Part shown: positions 44,186 through 54,598 of the stretch, piece by piece
Layout: every line of letters starts with the position of its first letter
Position numbering within the stretch: the first letter of the stretch is position 1
Source: Acidobacteriota bacterium
GTDB lineage: Bacteria > Acidobacteriota > Vicinamibacteria > Vicinamibacterales > JAFNAJ01
Assembly: GCA_023384575.1 (NCBI GenBank)
Contig: JAHDVP010000020.1
Location: 2,461 to 66,460 of the forward strand
Reading direction: 5' to 3'
DNA length: 64,000 bases
Program-made: the position numbers and the translations under genes
The notes under the pieces: model-generated
Database searches by the model: none
Seen by the model: the letters and a program-made list of their open reading frames with translations, nothing else
Told to the model about the DNA's origin: nothing

Positions 44186-45007
44186 TCAGGCAATCGGCTC
44201 GCCCGGCGGCGACTTGAGCCGCGCCTGCCCTCCCGGCGCCGCCTTCGGCGGGATCCCCTCGTTCACGGGCGGCAGTTCCGGCAGGGTGGGCGCGGGAACG
44301 GCGGGCGCGGCATCGGCAGGAGGGGTGGCCTGCCCCATGCGCCTGAGGATCATCCGCTGCCGGCGCACGAGGCGCGGCGAGGGGCGCCCCGGGTCGAGGA
44401 CCCTGGGGTTGATGATGGCGCCGGCAAGCAGCGCCGCCTGCTCGGGACCGAGTGCGCCGGCCGACACGCCGAAGTGCGCGCGCGCCGCGGCGTCGGCCCC
44501 GAACACGCCGTCGCCCCATTCGATGACGTTCAAGTAGATCTCGAAGATGCGACGCTTGGTCAACACCGCTTCGAGGCGGCGCGCAATCAGGAGCTCGCGC
44601 AGCTTGCGATCGGGGTGCTTCGATGGCGACAGGTAGAGGTTCTTCGCTAGCTGCTGGGTGATCGTGCTGGCCCCGCGCACGAACTCGCGCCGCTCGACGT
44701 TGATCCGGATCGACTCGCGCACCTCGCCGTAGTCGATGCCGTCGTGGCTCCAGAACGACGCGTCCTCGGTGACGAGGACCGCGCGCTTGAGGTGGGTCGA
44801 GATGCGCCCGTAGGGCACCCAGCGCCGCGTGGGCCGGAACTCCCGGCCGGCCGCGCGCGCCTCGGCCGCGCGTCGCTCGATGAACGCCGTCGTCTCGGGG
44901 GGCGTCGACGCCAGCGGACGGACGTCGGGCAGCGTCAGGTAGATGTACGACAGATACCAGAAAGCGGCGGCCAGCAGGCCGAGCGCCCAGCGGGCGGGGC
45001 GGCGCAT
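44186..45007 (-). CDS. mtgA: Monofunctional biosynthetic peptidoglycan transglycosylase
   Basis: N-terminal TM segment ALGLLAAAFWYLSYIYL. GT51 motifs TEDASFWSHDGID, GASTITQQLAKN, RKLRELLIARRLE. Confidence 0.9.
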   Translation of the reverse strand: MRRPARWALGLLAAAFWYLSYIYLTLPDVRPLASTPPETTAFIERRAAEARAAGREFRPTRRWVPYGRISTHLKRAVLVTEDASFWSHDGIDYGEVRESIRINVERREFVRGASTITQQLAKNLYLSPSKHPDRKLRELLIARRLEAVLTKRRIFEIYLNVIEWGDGVFGADAAARAHFGVSAGALGPEQAALLAGAIINPRVLDPGRPSPRLVRRQRMILRRMGQATPPADAAPAVPAPTLPELPPVNEGIPPKAAPGGQARLKSPPGEPIA

Positions 45008-45088
45008 GACGCCAGTATAGTGGCGCGACGTCCACGCCACGCCATGGCATACTGTTCGCGCCGGAGACGCATCGCCAGCTCGCTTCAC

Positions 45089-48004
45089 ATGGCCGCAGCA
45101 AGGGATCCCTCGTCACCCCCGCCCGCCGGCGTCGACCCGCGGGCGCTGATCGATGCCCTGCCCGCGGTCGTCTTCACAGCCGATCCCACCGCTCCCTTCG
45201 TCGCGACCTTCGTCAGTCGGGCGGTCGAGCAGCTGCTCGGCTACACCCCGGCCGAGGTGCGCGGCCGAACGGACTGGCTGCCGACGGTGATGGATCGCGA
45301 CGAGGCGGCGCAGGAGGTGCGACGGGTGCGCGACTGGGTGTCGCGCGGGGCGCCCGGGACCCTCACCCTGCCCCTGCCGCTCCGCGCGCAGACGCGCGGC
45401 GGCCGCTGGCGGTGGATTGACGTCCGGCTGCGCGCGGTCCTCAGCGGGGACGGCACGCTCGCGCAACTCGCGGGCCTGCTCTCCGACGTGACGTCGTACG
45501 TCGAAGCGACGGAGCTGCTGCGGCGGGTCAACGAGAAGGTCCCCGCCGTGTTGTACCAGTGCCGGCTGCGCCCCGATGGCACGTTCGAGTTCCCGTTCGT
45601 CAGTGACAGCGCCTGGCGGCTGTATGGCCTCGATCCGGGCGTTGGCAACTCGGACGGGGCCGCGGTGTTCGACCTCGTGCACCCGGACGACCGCGAAGGG
45701 CTGATGGCCTCGACGCTCGAGTCGGCGCGCACGCTGGCCCCGTGGCACGGCGACTTCCGCGTGATCAGCCCGGATGGGCGCGTGTTGTGGGTCGCCGGCC
45801 ACTCGACGCCGACAAGGGAGGCCGACGGGTCGATCCTCTGGCACGGCCACGTCATCGACATCTCCGATCGGAAAGTGGCCGAGGCCGCGCTCGCCTCTCG
45901 TGACGCGCTGCTCCAGGAGGTCGCGACGGTCAATCTCGAGATCGCGCGGGCCGGGCGCGTGGACGCGGAGCTCGGCCCGCAGCTGGCGCGGCTCGGGCAG
46001 GCCACCGACGTCGACCGGGTGTACGTGTTCGACGTGGTCCGGAGCGACCCCGGGTCGACGGTGATCCGGCAGCGCGTGGAGTGGGCCCGACCCGGAGTGA
46101 CGCCACAGATCGGCAACCCCGGGCTGCAGCACTTCGACCTCGAGGCCCAGGGGTTCACCCGGTGGCTCGACCCGCTGCGGGCGGGGCAGCCGGTGCAGAG
46201 CCGCATCGACTCCGCGCCCGCGGGCGAGCTGGCCGTCCTGCGAGACCAGGACATCCAGTCGCTGCTCGTGCTGCCCGTGATCATCGACGGCACGTTCGCG
46301 GCCCTCGTGGGCTTCGACGACTGCCGGTCGAGGCGCCAGTGGAGCCAGAGCGAGATCGCCATCCTGCAGCTCTCGGCGAGCGCGGTCGGCGAACTGCTCG
46401 ACCGCGAGCGCGTTCGCGAGGAACGGGCGCGCGTCGAGGCGGCGAGGCGGGCGCACCAGCAGCACCTCGAGAAGCTGACGGCGTACGTACCGGGCCTGAT
46501 CTACCAGTTCCGCCTGCGGCCGGACGGGTCGGTCGGGCTGCCCTACGCCAGCTCAGGGTTCGAGGAGGTGTTCGGAGGCGCCCCCGACCCCGGTGGCGAC
46601 GCCACACGCGTCTTCGCGGCGATCCATCCCGATGACGTGGCCATGGTGCGGCGGACCATCGCCGAGTCGGCGGCGACGCTGTCGCTCTGGACGTGCGCGT
46701 TCCGCGTGCGGCATCCACGCAAGGGGCTCATCTGGGTCGAGGGCCGCTCGGCGCCCGAGACGGAGGCCGACGGATCGATTCTCTGGCACGGCTACGCGAC
46801 CGACATCACCGCACGGGTCACGGCCGAGACCGGCCGCATCGAGCTCGAACGCCGGCTCCTGCACGCCCAGAAACTCGAGAGCCTCGGCGTGCTCGCCGGG
46901 GGCATCGCCCACGACTTCAACAACCTGCTGCTCGCGGTCCTCGGGAACCTCGAGCTCGCGTGGCTCGACCTCGACGCGGGCGCGCCGGCCCGTCAGGGCG
47001 TCCAGGAGGCGGTGGCGGCCGCCCGGCGTGCCGCCGACCTCACGCGTCAGATGCTCGCCTACTCGGGCCGGGGAGCGTTCGTCGTGCAGCCGACCGACCT
47101 CAACGCGCTCGTCGAGGAGAACGTGCACCTGTTGCGCGCCGTCGTGCCGAGGACCGTCTCGCTCGATCTCGCGCTCGCGCCCGGCCTCCCGCCCGTGGTC
47201 GCCGATCCAGGGCAGCTGCAGCAGGTGGTGATGAACCTCATCACCAACGCGGCCGAGGCCCTCGGCGGCGAACCCGGTCACGTCGTGCTCTCGACGGGCG
47301 TGAACGTATTCAGCGCTGTGGAGCTCGCGGCGAGTCGCCTCGAGAGCGGAGCCTCGCCCGGCCCGTACGTCTGGTTCGCGGTGCAGGACACGGGCTGCGG
47401 CATGACGCCCGACGTGCTCGCCCGCCTGTTCGACCCGTTCTTCTCGACCAAGTTCACGGGGCGCGGCCTCGGCATGCCGGCCGTGCAGGGCATCGTCACC
47501 GGCCACGCCGGCGCCATCCTGATCGACACCGCGCCGGGCGAGGGGTCGACCGTGAAGGTGCTGCTGCCGGCCGGCTCCGGTGAACCGCTCGCCGCCGCCG
47601 ATGCGAGCAAGGCGGACGCGACGCCCGCCTCGGGGGCCTCCGCGACCATCCTCGTGGTCGACGACGAAGCACCCGTGCGGCGGCTGCTCGACCTGACCTT
47701 GCGCCGCGCGGGCTATCGTACGCTCCTCGCGCGCGACGGTGCCGAGGCCCTGCAGCTGTTCGACGTGCATCGTGACGCCATCGACGTCATCCTGCTCGAC
47801 CTGACCATGCCCACCATGGACGGACGCGCGGCCCTCGAGGCGCTGCGCGCCCGATCGCCCGGCCTCAAGATCATCCTGGCCAGCGGATACAGCGAGCACG
47901 AGGTGATCCGGCGGTTCGCGGGTGAGGGCCCGACGGCGTTCATCCAGAAACCCTTCCAGCGCGACGCGCTGCTCGACGCGATCGCACGGACCCTCGCCCG
48001 GTGA
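45089..48004 (+). CDS. Hybrid sensor histidine kinase (PAS-PAS-GAF-PAS-HisKA-HATPase-REC), cytoplasmic
   Basis: Trimmed from track ORF 44744(+) to ATG 45089. H-box [11 protein letters not shown]. ATPase motifs [25 protein letters not shown] domain [12 protein letters not shown]...[11 protein letters not shown]. Confidence 0.9.
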   Translation: MAAARDPSSPPPAGVDPRALIDALPAVVFTADPTAPFVATFVSRAVEQLLGYTPAEVRGRTDWLPTVMDRDEAAQEVRRVRDWVSRGAPGTLTLPLPLRAQTRGGRWRWIDVRLRAVLSGDGTLAQLAGLLSDVTSYVEATELLRRVNEKVPAVLYQCRLRPDGTFEFPFVSDSAWRLYGLDPGVGNSDGAAVFDLVHPDDREGLMASTLESARTLAPWHGDFRVISPDGRVLWVAGHSTPTREADGSILWHGHVIDISDRKVAEAALASRDALLQEVATVNLEIARAGRVDAELGPQLARLGQATDVDRVYVFDVVRSDPGSTVIRQRVEWARPGVTPQIGNPGLQHFDLEAQGFTRWLDPLRAGQPVQSRIDSAPAGELAVLRDQDIQSLLVLPVIIDGTFAALVGFDDCRSRRQWSQSEIAILQLSASAVGELLDRERVREERARVEAARRAHQQHLEKLTAYVPGLIYQFRLRPDGSVGLPYASSGFEEVFGGAPDPGGDATRVFAAIHPDDVAMVRRTIAESAATLSLWTCAFRVRHPRKGLIWVEGRSAPETEADGSILWHGYATDITARVTAETGRIELERRLLHAQKLESLGVLAGGIAHDFNNLLLAVLGNLELAWLDLDAGAPARQGVQEAVAAARRAADLTRQMLAYSGRGAFVVQPTDLNALVEENVHLLRAVVPRTVSLDLALAPGLPPVVADPGQLQQVVMNLITNAAEALGGEPGHVVLSTGVNVFSAVELAASRLESGASPGPYVWFAVQDTGCGMTPDVLARLFDPFFSTKFTGRGLGMPAVQGIVTGHAGAILIDTAPGEGSTVKVLLPAGSGEPLAAADASKADATPASGASATILVVDDEAPVRRLLDLTLRRAGYRTLLARDGAEALQLFDVHRDAIDVILLDLTMPTMDGRAALEALRARSPGLKIILASGYSEHEVIRRFAGEGPTAFIQKPFQRDALLDAIARTLAR

Positions 48005-48021
48005 GCCTCCGCAGCCAGGCC

Positions 48022-49098
48022 ATGTGCCCGTCGCTCCCGGCGATCGACCTCCGATCGGACACGGTGACGCGGCCCACGCCGGCCATGCGCGCGGCCATCG
48101 CCGAGGCGCCGGTCGGCGACGATCAGTTCGGCGAAGACCCCACCGTCAACCGGCTTCAGGAGCGCGTGGCGGCGCTGCTCGGCAAGCCGGCGAGCCTGTG
48201 GCTGCCCTCGGGCACGATGGCCAACCAGGTGGCCCTTCGCGTGCTCGCCCGGCCGGGCGACGACGTGATCGTCACCCACGAAAGCCACGTGCAGCTGCAC
48301 GAGACGGGTGGCGCCGCCGCGAACGCCGGCGTGCAGCTCACCGTCGTGGGCCGGGGTGGATGGTTCTCGGCCCACGAGCTCGCGGCCGCGGTCAAGCCGC
48401 GCGGCCACATCGTGTATCCCCCGACGACCCTCGTGGCCCTCGAGAACACGCACAACCGCGCGGGCGGCGTGGTCGTCCCGCAGGGCCTCTCCGAGGGCGT
48501 CTGCGATCTCGCACGCGCCAGCGGGATTGCGACCTATCTCGACGGGGCCCGGCTGTGGAATGCCGCCGTCGCGAGCGGGCGTGCCCCGGCAGATCTCGCC
48601 GCGCCGTTCGATCTCGTGTCGGTGGCGCTGTCGAAGGGACTCGGCGCGCCGGGAGGGTCGCTGCTCGCGGGGCCGCGCGAGCTCATCGATCGGGCCATCC
48701 GCTACCGCCGCATGTTCGGCGGCGCGATGCGCCAGGTCGGGCTGTTCGCCGCCGCCGGTCTCCATGCCCTCGAGCACCACGTCGAGCGGCTCGTCGACGA
48801 CCACGCGAACGCACGCCTGTTCGCCGGTGTCATCGCGCAGAGCGCCCGCGTCCGGATCGACCTCTCCACCGTCCAGACGAACATCGTCGTCTTCGATCTC
48901 GTGGGTGACGGGCCCGACGCCGCGGCCGTCGTCGCGCGGGCGCGCGAGCGTGGCGTGCTCGTCTTCGCCTTCGGCCCGGCGACCGTGCGAGCCGTGACGC
49001 ACCTCGATGTCTCGAGGGACGAGTGCGAACGGGCCGCCCGGATCCTCGTCGAGATCCTCGAGGACGGCCGCCCGCTCAGCCCCCGACCACGATCTTGA
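48022..49098 (+). CDS. ltaE: Low-specificity L-threonine aldolase
   Basis: [39 protein letters not shown]...GTMANQVAL...[11 protein letters not shown] (PLP lysine). Alternative GTG start at 48001 forms a GTGA overlap with the kinase stop. Confidence 0.88.
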   Translation: MCPSLPAIDLRSDTVTRPTPAMRAAIAEAPVGDDQFGEDPTVNRLQERVAALLGKPASLWLPSGTMANQVALRVLARPGDDVIVTHESHVQLHETGGAAANAGVQLTVVGRGGWFSAHELAAAVKPRGHIVYPPTTLVALENTHNRAGGVVVPQGLSEGVCDLARASGIATYLDGARLWNAAVASGRAPADLAAPFDLVSVALSKGLGAPGGSLLAGPRELIDRAIRYRRMFGGAMRQVGLFAAAGLHALEHHVERLVDDHANARLFAGVIAQSARVRIDLSTVQTNIVVFDLVGDGPDAAAVVARARERGVLVFAFGPATVRAVTHLDVSRDECERAARILVEILEDGRPLSPRPRS

Positions 49099-50536
49099 TG
49101 CGATCGCCGGCGCGCGGCTGCTCGTTGACGGGGAAGCCGTTCATCACCGCGAGCGTCGACGCCTCGACGATGCCCTGCCCGGGCCCCTGCGCGATCGACT
49201 GCCACGTCTGATCCTGGCGCACCGTGTGAATCGCGATGCGGTTGGGCCGGATGTCGCCCGCCTCGTCGCGGCTCAAGCCGCGGAACGACCGCAGCGTCCG
49301 GTCGATGTCGCCCTCGACGCGTGGGAACCCCTGCGGTGAGGCGAGGCCCGTGAGCCGGTAGAGGTTGCGATCGTGGCGGATGAACGCCGCGCGTGCCACC
49401 GCGTCGCCGAGCTGCGGCACGCGCCCCGTGAAGGTGCCGATCCACGCCTCGAGGCCGTTGATGCTCGTCGCGCCGCCCTGGCGGACGGAGAGGCCGGCGT
49501 TGCGCATGCTGTTGACGGCCACCTCCTCGAGGGTGCGGCCCCGCGGCTGCTGTTCGAGCTGCAGGAACACGTAGTGATTCGTCCCCGGTTGATTCGCCAC
49601 GACCGCCGTGGGGCTGTTCTGCACCGTCCACCCCTCGGGAAACCGCAGGGCGAACCGCAGGTCGGGGTGCAGGAAGTCGGCACCGCGCACGACGCCCTCG
49701 CGCGGGTTGTCGCCGTAGACCATCCCGTCGATGCGCCGCAAGTACGCGTCGCGATTGACCGGCAGCTCGGACATGCCGCTCCGCAGCTGCTCGACGACCG
49801 GCCGCACCTCCTCGACCCGGTCGGCCGGATCCGGGTGGGTGGCGAGCCAGTTGGGCGTGCCGCGCCGGTCGGTGATCTCGCCCATGCGCGACAGCGTCTG
49901 CAGCATGCCCATCACGCCGGCGGGGTCCCACCCGCCCTGCGCGGCGTACTCGGCGCCGAGGCGGTCGGACTGCCGCTCGGCATCACGCCCGTACTTGAGG
50001 AAGAGCAGCCCGAGGCCGGCGCCCGCCGCGTCGACCGCCGGCCGGACGCCCGGGAAGAAGATCGCCCCGAGCGTCAGGCCGAGCTGCGAGCCGGCCGCGC
50101 GCGAGTACTGCTCGACGGAATGGCGCGCCGTCACGTGGCCGATCTCGTGACCGAGCACGCCGGCGAGCTGGGCCTCGTCGTTGAGATAGGCCAGGATGCC
50201 GCGCGTGAGATAGATGAACCCGCCGGGCACGGCAAACGCGTTCACCTGCGGCGTGTCGACGACGGCGAAGCTCCAGGGCAGCTCGGGCCGCTGCGAGTTG
50301 CGCGCCATGCGGAGACCGATCTCCTCGACGTACCGTTGCAGCGCCGGATCGTCGTAGACCCCCATCTCGCGACGGATCTCAGGATCCATCTGCTGGCCGA
50401 TGCCGATCTCCTGCGCCTCGCTCATCATCGTGAACTGGCGCTCGCCGGTCACGGGGTTGGTCGCGCAGGCGAGTCCGAGGGCCGCGACGGTCGCGACGAC
50501 ACTCAGCCCGAACAGACGCGGAAGCGAGTGAGGCAT
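49076..50536 (-). CDS. M48-family zinc metalloprotease lipoprotein with C-terminal LysM-like domain
   Basis: Start at ATG (complement 50534-50536) after GGGAGAAGG. Lipobox LGLAC. Zinc motif [15 protein letters not shown]-terminus [14 protein letters not shown]...MNGFP...AGDRIKIV is LysM-like. The 3' end overlaps the ltaE 3' end by 23 nt. Confidence 0.88.
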   Translation of the reverse strand: MPHSLPRLFGLSVVATVAALGLACATNPVTGERQFTMMSEAQEIGIGQQMDPEIRREMGVYDDPALQRYVEEIGLRMARNSQRPELPWSFAVVDTPQVNAFAVPGGFIYLTRGILAYLNDEAQLAGVLGHEIGHVTARHSVEQYSRAAGSQLGLTLGAIFFPGVRPAVDAAGAGLGLLFLKYGRDAERQSDRLGAEYAAQGGWDPAGVMGMLQTLSRMGEITDRRGTPNWLATHPDPADRVEEVRPVVEQLRSGMSELPVNRDAYLRRIDGMVYGDNPREGVVRGADFLHPDLRFALRFPEGWTVQNSPTAVVANQPGTNHYVFLQLEQQPRGRTLEEVAVNSMRNAGLSVRQGGATSINGLEAWIGTFTGRVPQLGDAVARAAFIRHDRNLYRLTGLASPQGFPRVEGDIDRTLRSFRGLSRDEAGDIRPNRIAIHTVRQDQTWQSIAQGPGQGIVEASTLAVMNGFPVNEQPRAGDRIKIVVGG

Positions 50537-50776
50537 GACCTTCTCCCTTGCGAGAGCCGTACCACGTAGGACTCTGCTGGCCGCCACGACCGCCAAGTGG
50601 CTGCGCCGTGAGGAGTTGTCTGGCGGCACCAGACGCGGCGGCTCCGACCCATCACCCCCAGAGTGTCCACCTGAGACGACAGGTCCGGTGACATGGATGG
50701 CGACTGGTCACGGCGCGGTCGCCGGCGACCCGTACGGCGGGCAGCCGTCGTGCGAGACCGGCGGCTCGTGGCCACC

Positions 50777-50867
50777 GCTCACCGCTCACCGCTCACCGCT
50801 CACCGCTCATCGCTCACAGCTCACAGCTCATCGCTCACAGCTCACAGCTCACAGCGCATCGCTCGAG
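50777..50867. repeat. Heptanucleotide tandem-repeat array (13 units, GCTCAYM) with an exact 21-bp higher-order duplication
   Basis: Units: GCTCACC x4, GCTCATC, GCTCACA x2, GCTCATC, GCTCACA x3, GCGCATC, GCTCGAG. 50805-50825 equals 50826-50846 exactly. Intergenic: 38 nt downstream of the aminotransferase stop and 240 nt upstream of the M48 start. Confidence 0.9.
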
Positions 50868-50904
50868 GCGTCGCAGCCTCGATCCGTGAGACGCCGCGGT
50901 GCGG

Positions 50905-52062
50905 TCAGCGGATCGTCGACAGCGCATCGCCGGCGGCGGCCGTGCCGAGGCCGGGCTGCACGCTGTAGTCCTGTTCGCGCAGCGCGCGCTCGAGCGCGGA
51001 CAGGAAGAGCAGGATCAGCTGGCTGCTCGACCCGGTGCCCATCAGGCCGACCCGCCAGATGCGCCCGGCGAGCGGCCCGAGCCCGGCGCCCACTTCGAGG
51101 TTGAAGCGCTCGAGCAGGAACCGCCGCACGTCGGGCTCGCGCACGCCGTCGGGAACGCAGACGGCGTTGAGCGTCCACAGCCGCTCGGCCTCGGGCGGCA
51201 GCAGCTCGAGGCCCATGGCGCCAAGACCTGAGGCCAGCACCCGGTGGTGCCGCCGGTGCCTGGCCCAGCGGGCCTCGAGCCCCTCGTCTTCGACGGCGTG
51301 CAGCGCCTCGCGCAGCGCGTAGACGAGCGGGGCCGAGATGGTGTGGTGGTACTTGCGCCCGACCCAGAACTCGTGGAGCAGCCGGGCATCCAGATAGAAG
51401 CTGCGGCAGGCGCCGCGGTCGAGCACGTGCGGCGCGAAGGTGACCGGCGCGAGCCCCGACGGCGCCCCGAGCCCCTTCTGCGAGCACGAGTACACCGCGT
51501 CGGCCTGCCAGCCGGCGACGTCGACCGGGTGGCCGCCGAGCGACGTCACCGTGTCGACGATGGTGCGGCAGCCGTGCTCGCGCGCGATCGCGCACAGGGT
51601 GTCGACGGGGTTGAGGACGCCCGTCGACGTCTCGGCGTGCACCATGGCGACGACCTCGGTGCCGCCCTGTTTCAGGACGCGGCGCAGATCGTCGGGATCG
51701 GCCGCCCGCCCCCACTCGCTGTCGACCCGGTGGACGACCGCGCCGTAGCGTTCGCACATCTGCACGAGGCGCTCGCCGAAGTAGCCGGTGACGACCACGA
51801 CCACCGTGGTGCCCTCGCGCACGAGGTTGGCGACCGCCGCCTCCATGCCCGCGCTCCCCGTGCCCGACACGGCGAGGCTGAAGTAGTCGTCCGGGGCCTG
51901 GAAGACGCGCTGCAGCCTCGCGCGCACGTCGTCCATCAGCGCCAGCATCTGCGGGTCGAGGTGGCTGAGCACCGGGGCGGCCATGGCGCGCATGACGCGC
52001 GGGGACACGGGGCTCGGCCCCGGGCCGAGCAGGATGCGCTCGACCTCAGGCAGGTGCGGCAT
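50905..52062 (-). CDS. Class-V aminotransferase (alanine/serine--glyoxylate aminotransferase-like)
   Basis: LLGPGPSPVSPRVMRAM...SGTGSAGMEAA...YSCSQKGLGAPSG (PLP lysine). 17-nt overlap with the upstream DapA-like gene. Confidence 0.85.
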   Translation of the reverse strand: MPHLPEVERILLGPGPSPVSPRVMRAMAAPVLSHLDPQMLALMDDVRARLQRVFQAPDDYFSLAVSGTGSAGMEAAVANLVREGTTVVVVVTGYFGERLVQMCERYGAVVHRVDSEWGRAADPDDLRRVLKQGGTEVVAMVHAETSTGVLNPVDTLCAIAREHGCRTIVDTVTSLGGHPVDVAGWQADAVYSCSQKGLGAPSGLAPVTFAPHVLDRGACRSFYLDARLLHEFWVGRKYHHTISAPLVYALREALHAVEDEGLEARWARHRRHHRVLASGLGAMGLELLPPEAERLWTLNAVCVPDGVREPDVRRFLLERFNLEVGAGLGPLAGRIWRVGLMGTGSSSQLILLFLSALERALREQDYSVQPGLGTAAAGDALSTIR

Positions 52063-52963
52063 GGTGAACTCCCTCGAAGGCCGCGAGCCGGTCGAGCTCG
52101 CGGCGAATCTCGTCGACGGCCATCTCCGGAGCGGCCGCGAGCGGCAGGCGGGGCTCGCCGCCGCGGTAGCCGGCCAGCGTCATCGCCGCCTTGAGCCCGG
52201 GTACCCCGTGGATCGAGGTGACGAGCTTGGCGAGACGCGTGATCGCCCGCTGCACGGCGAGCGCCTCGCCGTGCCGCCCGGCCCGCGTCAGGTCGAACAG
52301 GCGTACACACAGGTCGGGCACGACGTTGGCGGCCGCGACCACGCCGCCGTGTGCGCCGACGCACAGGCTCGCGTACAGGCTCGGCGCCGACCCGACGACG
52401 ACGAGGAAGTCGTCGGGGGTGCTCGTTATCTGCTCGGCGATCTGCGTGACGTCGCCCCCTGACTCCTTCAGGCCGATGATGTTCGGGTGCTCGGCGAGCG
52501 TCACGAGCGCGTCGATGCCGAGATTGACGCCGAAGGTGGCGGCAAAGTTGTAGAGCAGCACCGGCGCCGGCGACGTGTCGGCCACCGCGATGAAGTGCCG
52601 CAGCAGCGCGGCCGACGTCATCTGGCCTCTGAACGCCGACGGCGTGCGGACGAGCACGGCATCGGCTCCCGCCGCGGCCGCCCGCCGGCACGCCGCGATC
52701 GTGGCCCGCGTCGCGTCGTGACCGGTCCCCGCGATGAGGACCCGGTCGCGCGGCCACCGCTCGCGGACGGTGGCGACGAGGCGCTCGGCCTCGTCCGGGT
52801 CGACGTAGGGCGCCTCGCCGTTGGTGCCGAGCACGACCAGCCCGCGAAGCCCGGTCGTCGCCCAGCCATCGGCGTTGAAGCGCACGGCGTCGTAGTCGAT
52901 GTCGGCGCCGCCAGCCGTGAAGGGCGTCGCCATGGGGGGGAGGATCCCGTTCAGGTTCAGCAC
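52046..52963 (-). CDS. Dihydrodipicolinate synthase family lyase (DapA/HOGA-like aldolase)
   Basis: GTG start (complement 52961-52963). GILPPMATPF...LVVLGTNGEAPYV...IIGLKESGG (Schiff-base lysine). Exact substrate not assignable from sequence. Confidence 0.85.
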   Translation of the reverse strand: MLNLNGILPPMATPFTAGGADIDYDAVRFNADGWATTGLRGLVVLGTNGEAPYVDPDEAERLVATVRERWPRDRVLIAGTGHDATRATIAACRRAAAAGADAVLVRTPSAFRGQMTSAALLRHFIAVADTSPAPVLLYNFAATFGVNLGIDALVTLAEHPNIIGLKESGGDVTQIAEQITSTPDDFLVVVGSAPSLYASLCVGAHGGVVAAANVVPDLCVRLFDLTRAGRHGEALAVQRAITRLAKLVTSIHGVPGLKAAMTLAGYRGGEPRLPLAAAPEMAVDEIRRELDRLAAFEGVHHAAPA

Positions 52964-53044
52964 GCCGCCGATTGTATCAAGACGACGCTCCGGGGCGGGG
53001 GCGGCGGGCGGCCACCGCGGGTCGGGGGACAGTCCGCTGGATCC

Positions 53045-54400
53045 CTATCCCCCAACCGGGTCGCGGCGGTGGCTGTCGAGGCGGTGGCTGAGGGTCAGCG
53101 CGCTGAAGACCATCGTCAGCACGCAACAGGCGATCATCGTGATGAAGACGCCGCGCCACTCGTAGTGGTCGGCGATCCAGCCCACCCCCGTTCCGGCGAT
53201 GGCCGACCCGAACACGTAGCCGAAGAAGCCCGTGAAGCCCGCCGCCGTGCCCGCGGCCTTCTTCGGCACGAGGTCGAGCGCGTGCAGGCCGATGATCATG
53301 ATCGGCCCGTAGATGAAGAACCCAATCGCGATGAGGGCCGCGTAGTCGACCCAGAGCGGCCCTTCCAGGTTCAGCCAGTACACGACCACCGCCACGAGCG
53401 TCGCCGCCATGAAGAGGATCGTGGCGGGCGCGCGCCGGCTGCGGAACACCGTGTCGGAGATCCAGCCGCAGGCAATCGTGCCGGGGATGGCCGCGAACTC
53501 GTAGAGCGCCCACGCCATGCTCGATTCCCTGAAGGAGAAGCCCTTCGCCGTCTCCAGGTACGTCGGAATCCAGTTCACGACGCCGTAGCGCACGAAGTAG
53601 GCGAACGCGTTGGCGATGGCAATGGCCCACAGGAACTTGTTGTTGAAGACGTGCTGGAAGAAGATCTCGCGGAACGTGAAGATGCGCTCGTGGTCGGCGC
53701 TGTAGTCGGGCCGGTAGTCGTTCTGGTGCTCCTCGATGGGCGGCAGGCCGCACGACTGGGGCGTGTCCTTCAGCAGGAAGAAGATCACGATGGCGATGAC
53801 GCCGGCGATGAGCGCGTTGAAGTAGAACTTGGCGCCCCAGTCGCCGAAGATCAGCACCCCGGCGAGCGCGAACTTGGCGACGAGCCCGCCGCCGACGTTG
53901 TGCGCCACGTTCCAGAACGCGACGACGCGGCCGCGCTCGCGCGTGCCGAACCAGTGCACCATGGTCTTGCCGCAGGGCGGCCAGCCCATGCCCTGGACCC
54001 ACCCGTTCAGCGTCTGGAGGGCGATGACGAGGACGAGCGAGGCGTAGACGGCCTTCACGAGGCCGCTCACCGCCATGACGGCGCACGACAGGAGCAGCCC
54101 CACGGTCATGAAGTACCGGGGGTTGCTGCGGTCGGACACGGCGCCCATGAGGAATTTCGACAGGCCGTAGGCGAGCGCCAGGCCGGTCATGGCCGTGCCG
54201 AGCTGGGCCTTCGTGTACTCGGGGTGCTCGCGCAGGATGTCGGGGATGGCGAGGGCGAAGTTCTGCCGGACGAGGTAGTAGGCCGCGTAGCCGATGAAGA
54301 TCCCGGCGAAGACCTTGCGCCGCTGGGACTTGTACTCGCGGTCGACCGCGGTCGCGGGTAGCGGGTCGATGAACGGCGCGGGCCGGAAGAAGCCGAACAT
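53045..54400 (-). CDS. glpT: Glycerol-3-phosphate:phosphate antiporter (MFS, GlpT/UhpC family)
   Basis: Collinear with GlpT as I remember it: YLVRQNFALA, GAVSDRSNPRYF, GWVQGMGWPPCGKTMVHWF, DTPQSCGLPPIEE, LDLVPKKAAGTAAGFTGFFGY. Confidence 0.93.
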   Translation of the reverse strand: MFGFFRPAPFIDPLPATAVDREYKSQRRKVFAGIFIGYAAYYLVRQNFALAIPDILREHPEYTKAQLGTAMTGLALAYGLSKFLMGAVSDRSNPRYFMTVGLLLSCAVMAVSGLVKAVYASLVLVIALQTLNGWVQGMGWPPCGKTMVHWFGTRERGRVVAFWNVAHNVGGGLVAKFALAGVLIFGDWGAKFYFNALIAGVIAIVIFFLLKDTPQSCGLPPIEEHQNDYRPDYSADHERIFTFREIFFQHVFNNKFLWAIAIANAFAYFVRYGVVNWIPTYLETAKGFSFRESSMAWALYEFAAIPGTIACGWISDTVFRSRRAPATILFMAATLVAVVVYWLNLEGPLWVDYAALIAIGFFIYGPIMIIGLHALDLVPKKAAGTAAGFTGFFGYVFGSAIAGTGVGWIADHYEWRGVFITMIACCVLTMVFSALTLSHRLDSHRRDPVGG

Positions 54401-54598
54401 GGCGGATGAGTATACCGCGGGCCGGTGGCGCCACGGTGGGGCACCCGGCGCCCGCCCGTTACCCGCCGGAAACCGTTTCGTTACACCGTTGTGACTTTTT
54501 GTTGACGCCGTCGACGGACCGGTCCACCATCATGAGGCTCTGCGACGGGCCGCGCCGCGGAGGGGCGGGCGGCCTACCTGGACTGATTCTGCGGAGGT

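Noticed and set aside
54480-54500. Small hairpin GTTACA-ccgt-TGTGAC followed by TTTTT in the glpT/receptor spacer, as a terminator or sRNA end
   Set aside because: The stem is only 6 bp, AU-rich and includes a wobble pair. Nothing upstream on that strand needs terminating. It is mentioned in the glp finding but not called as a feature.
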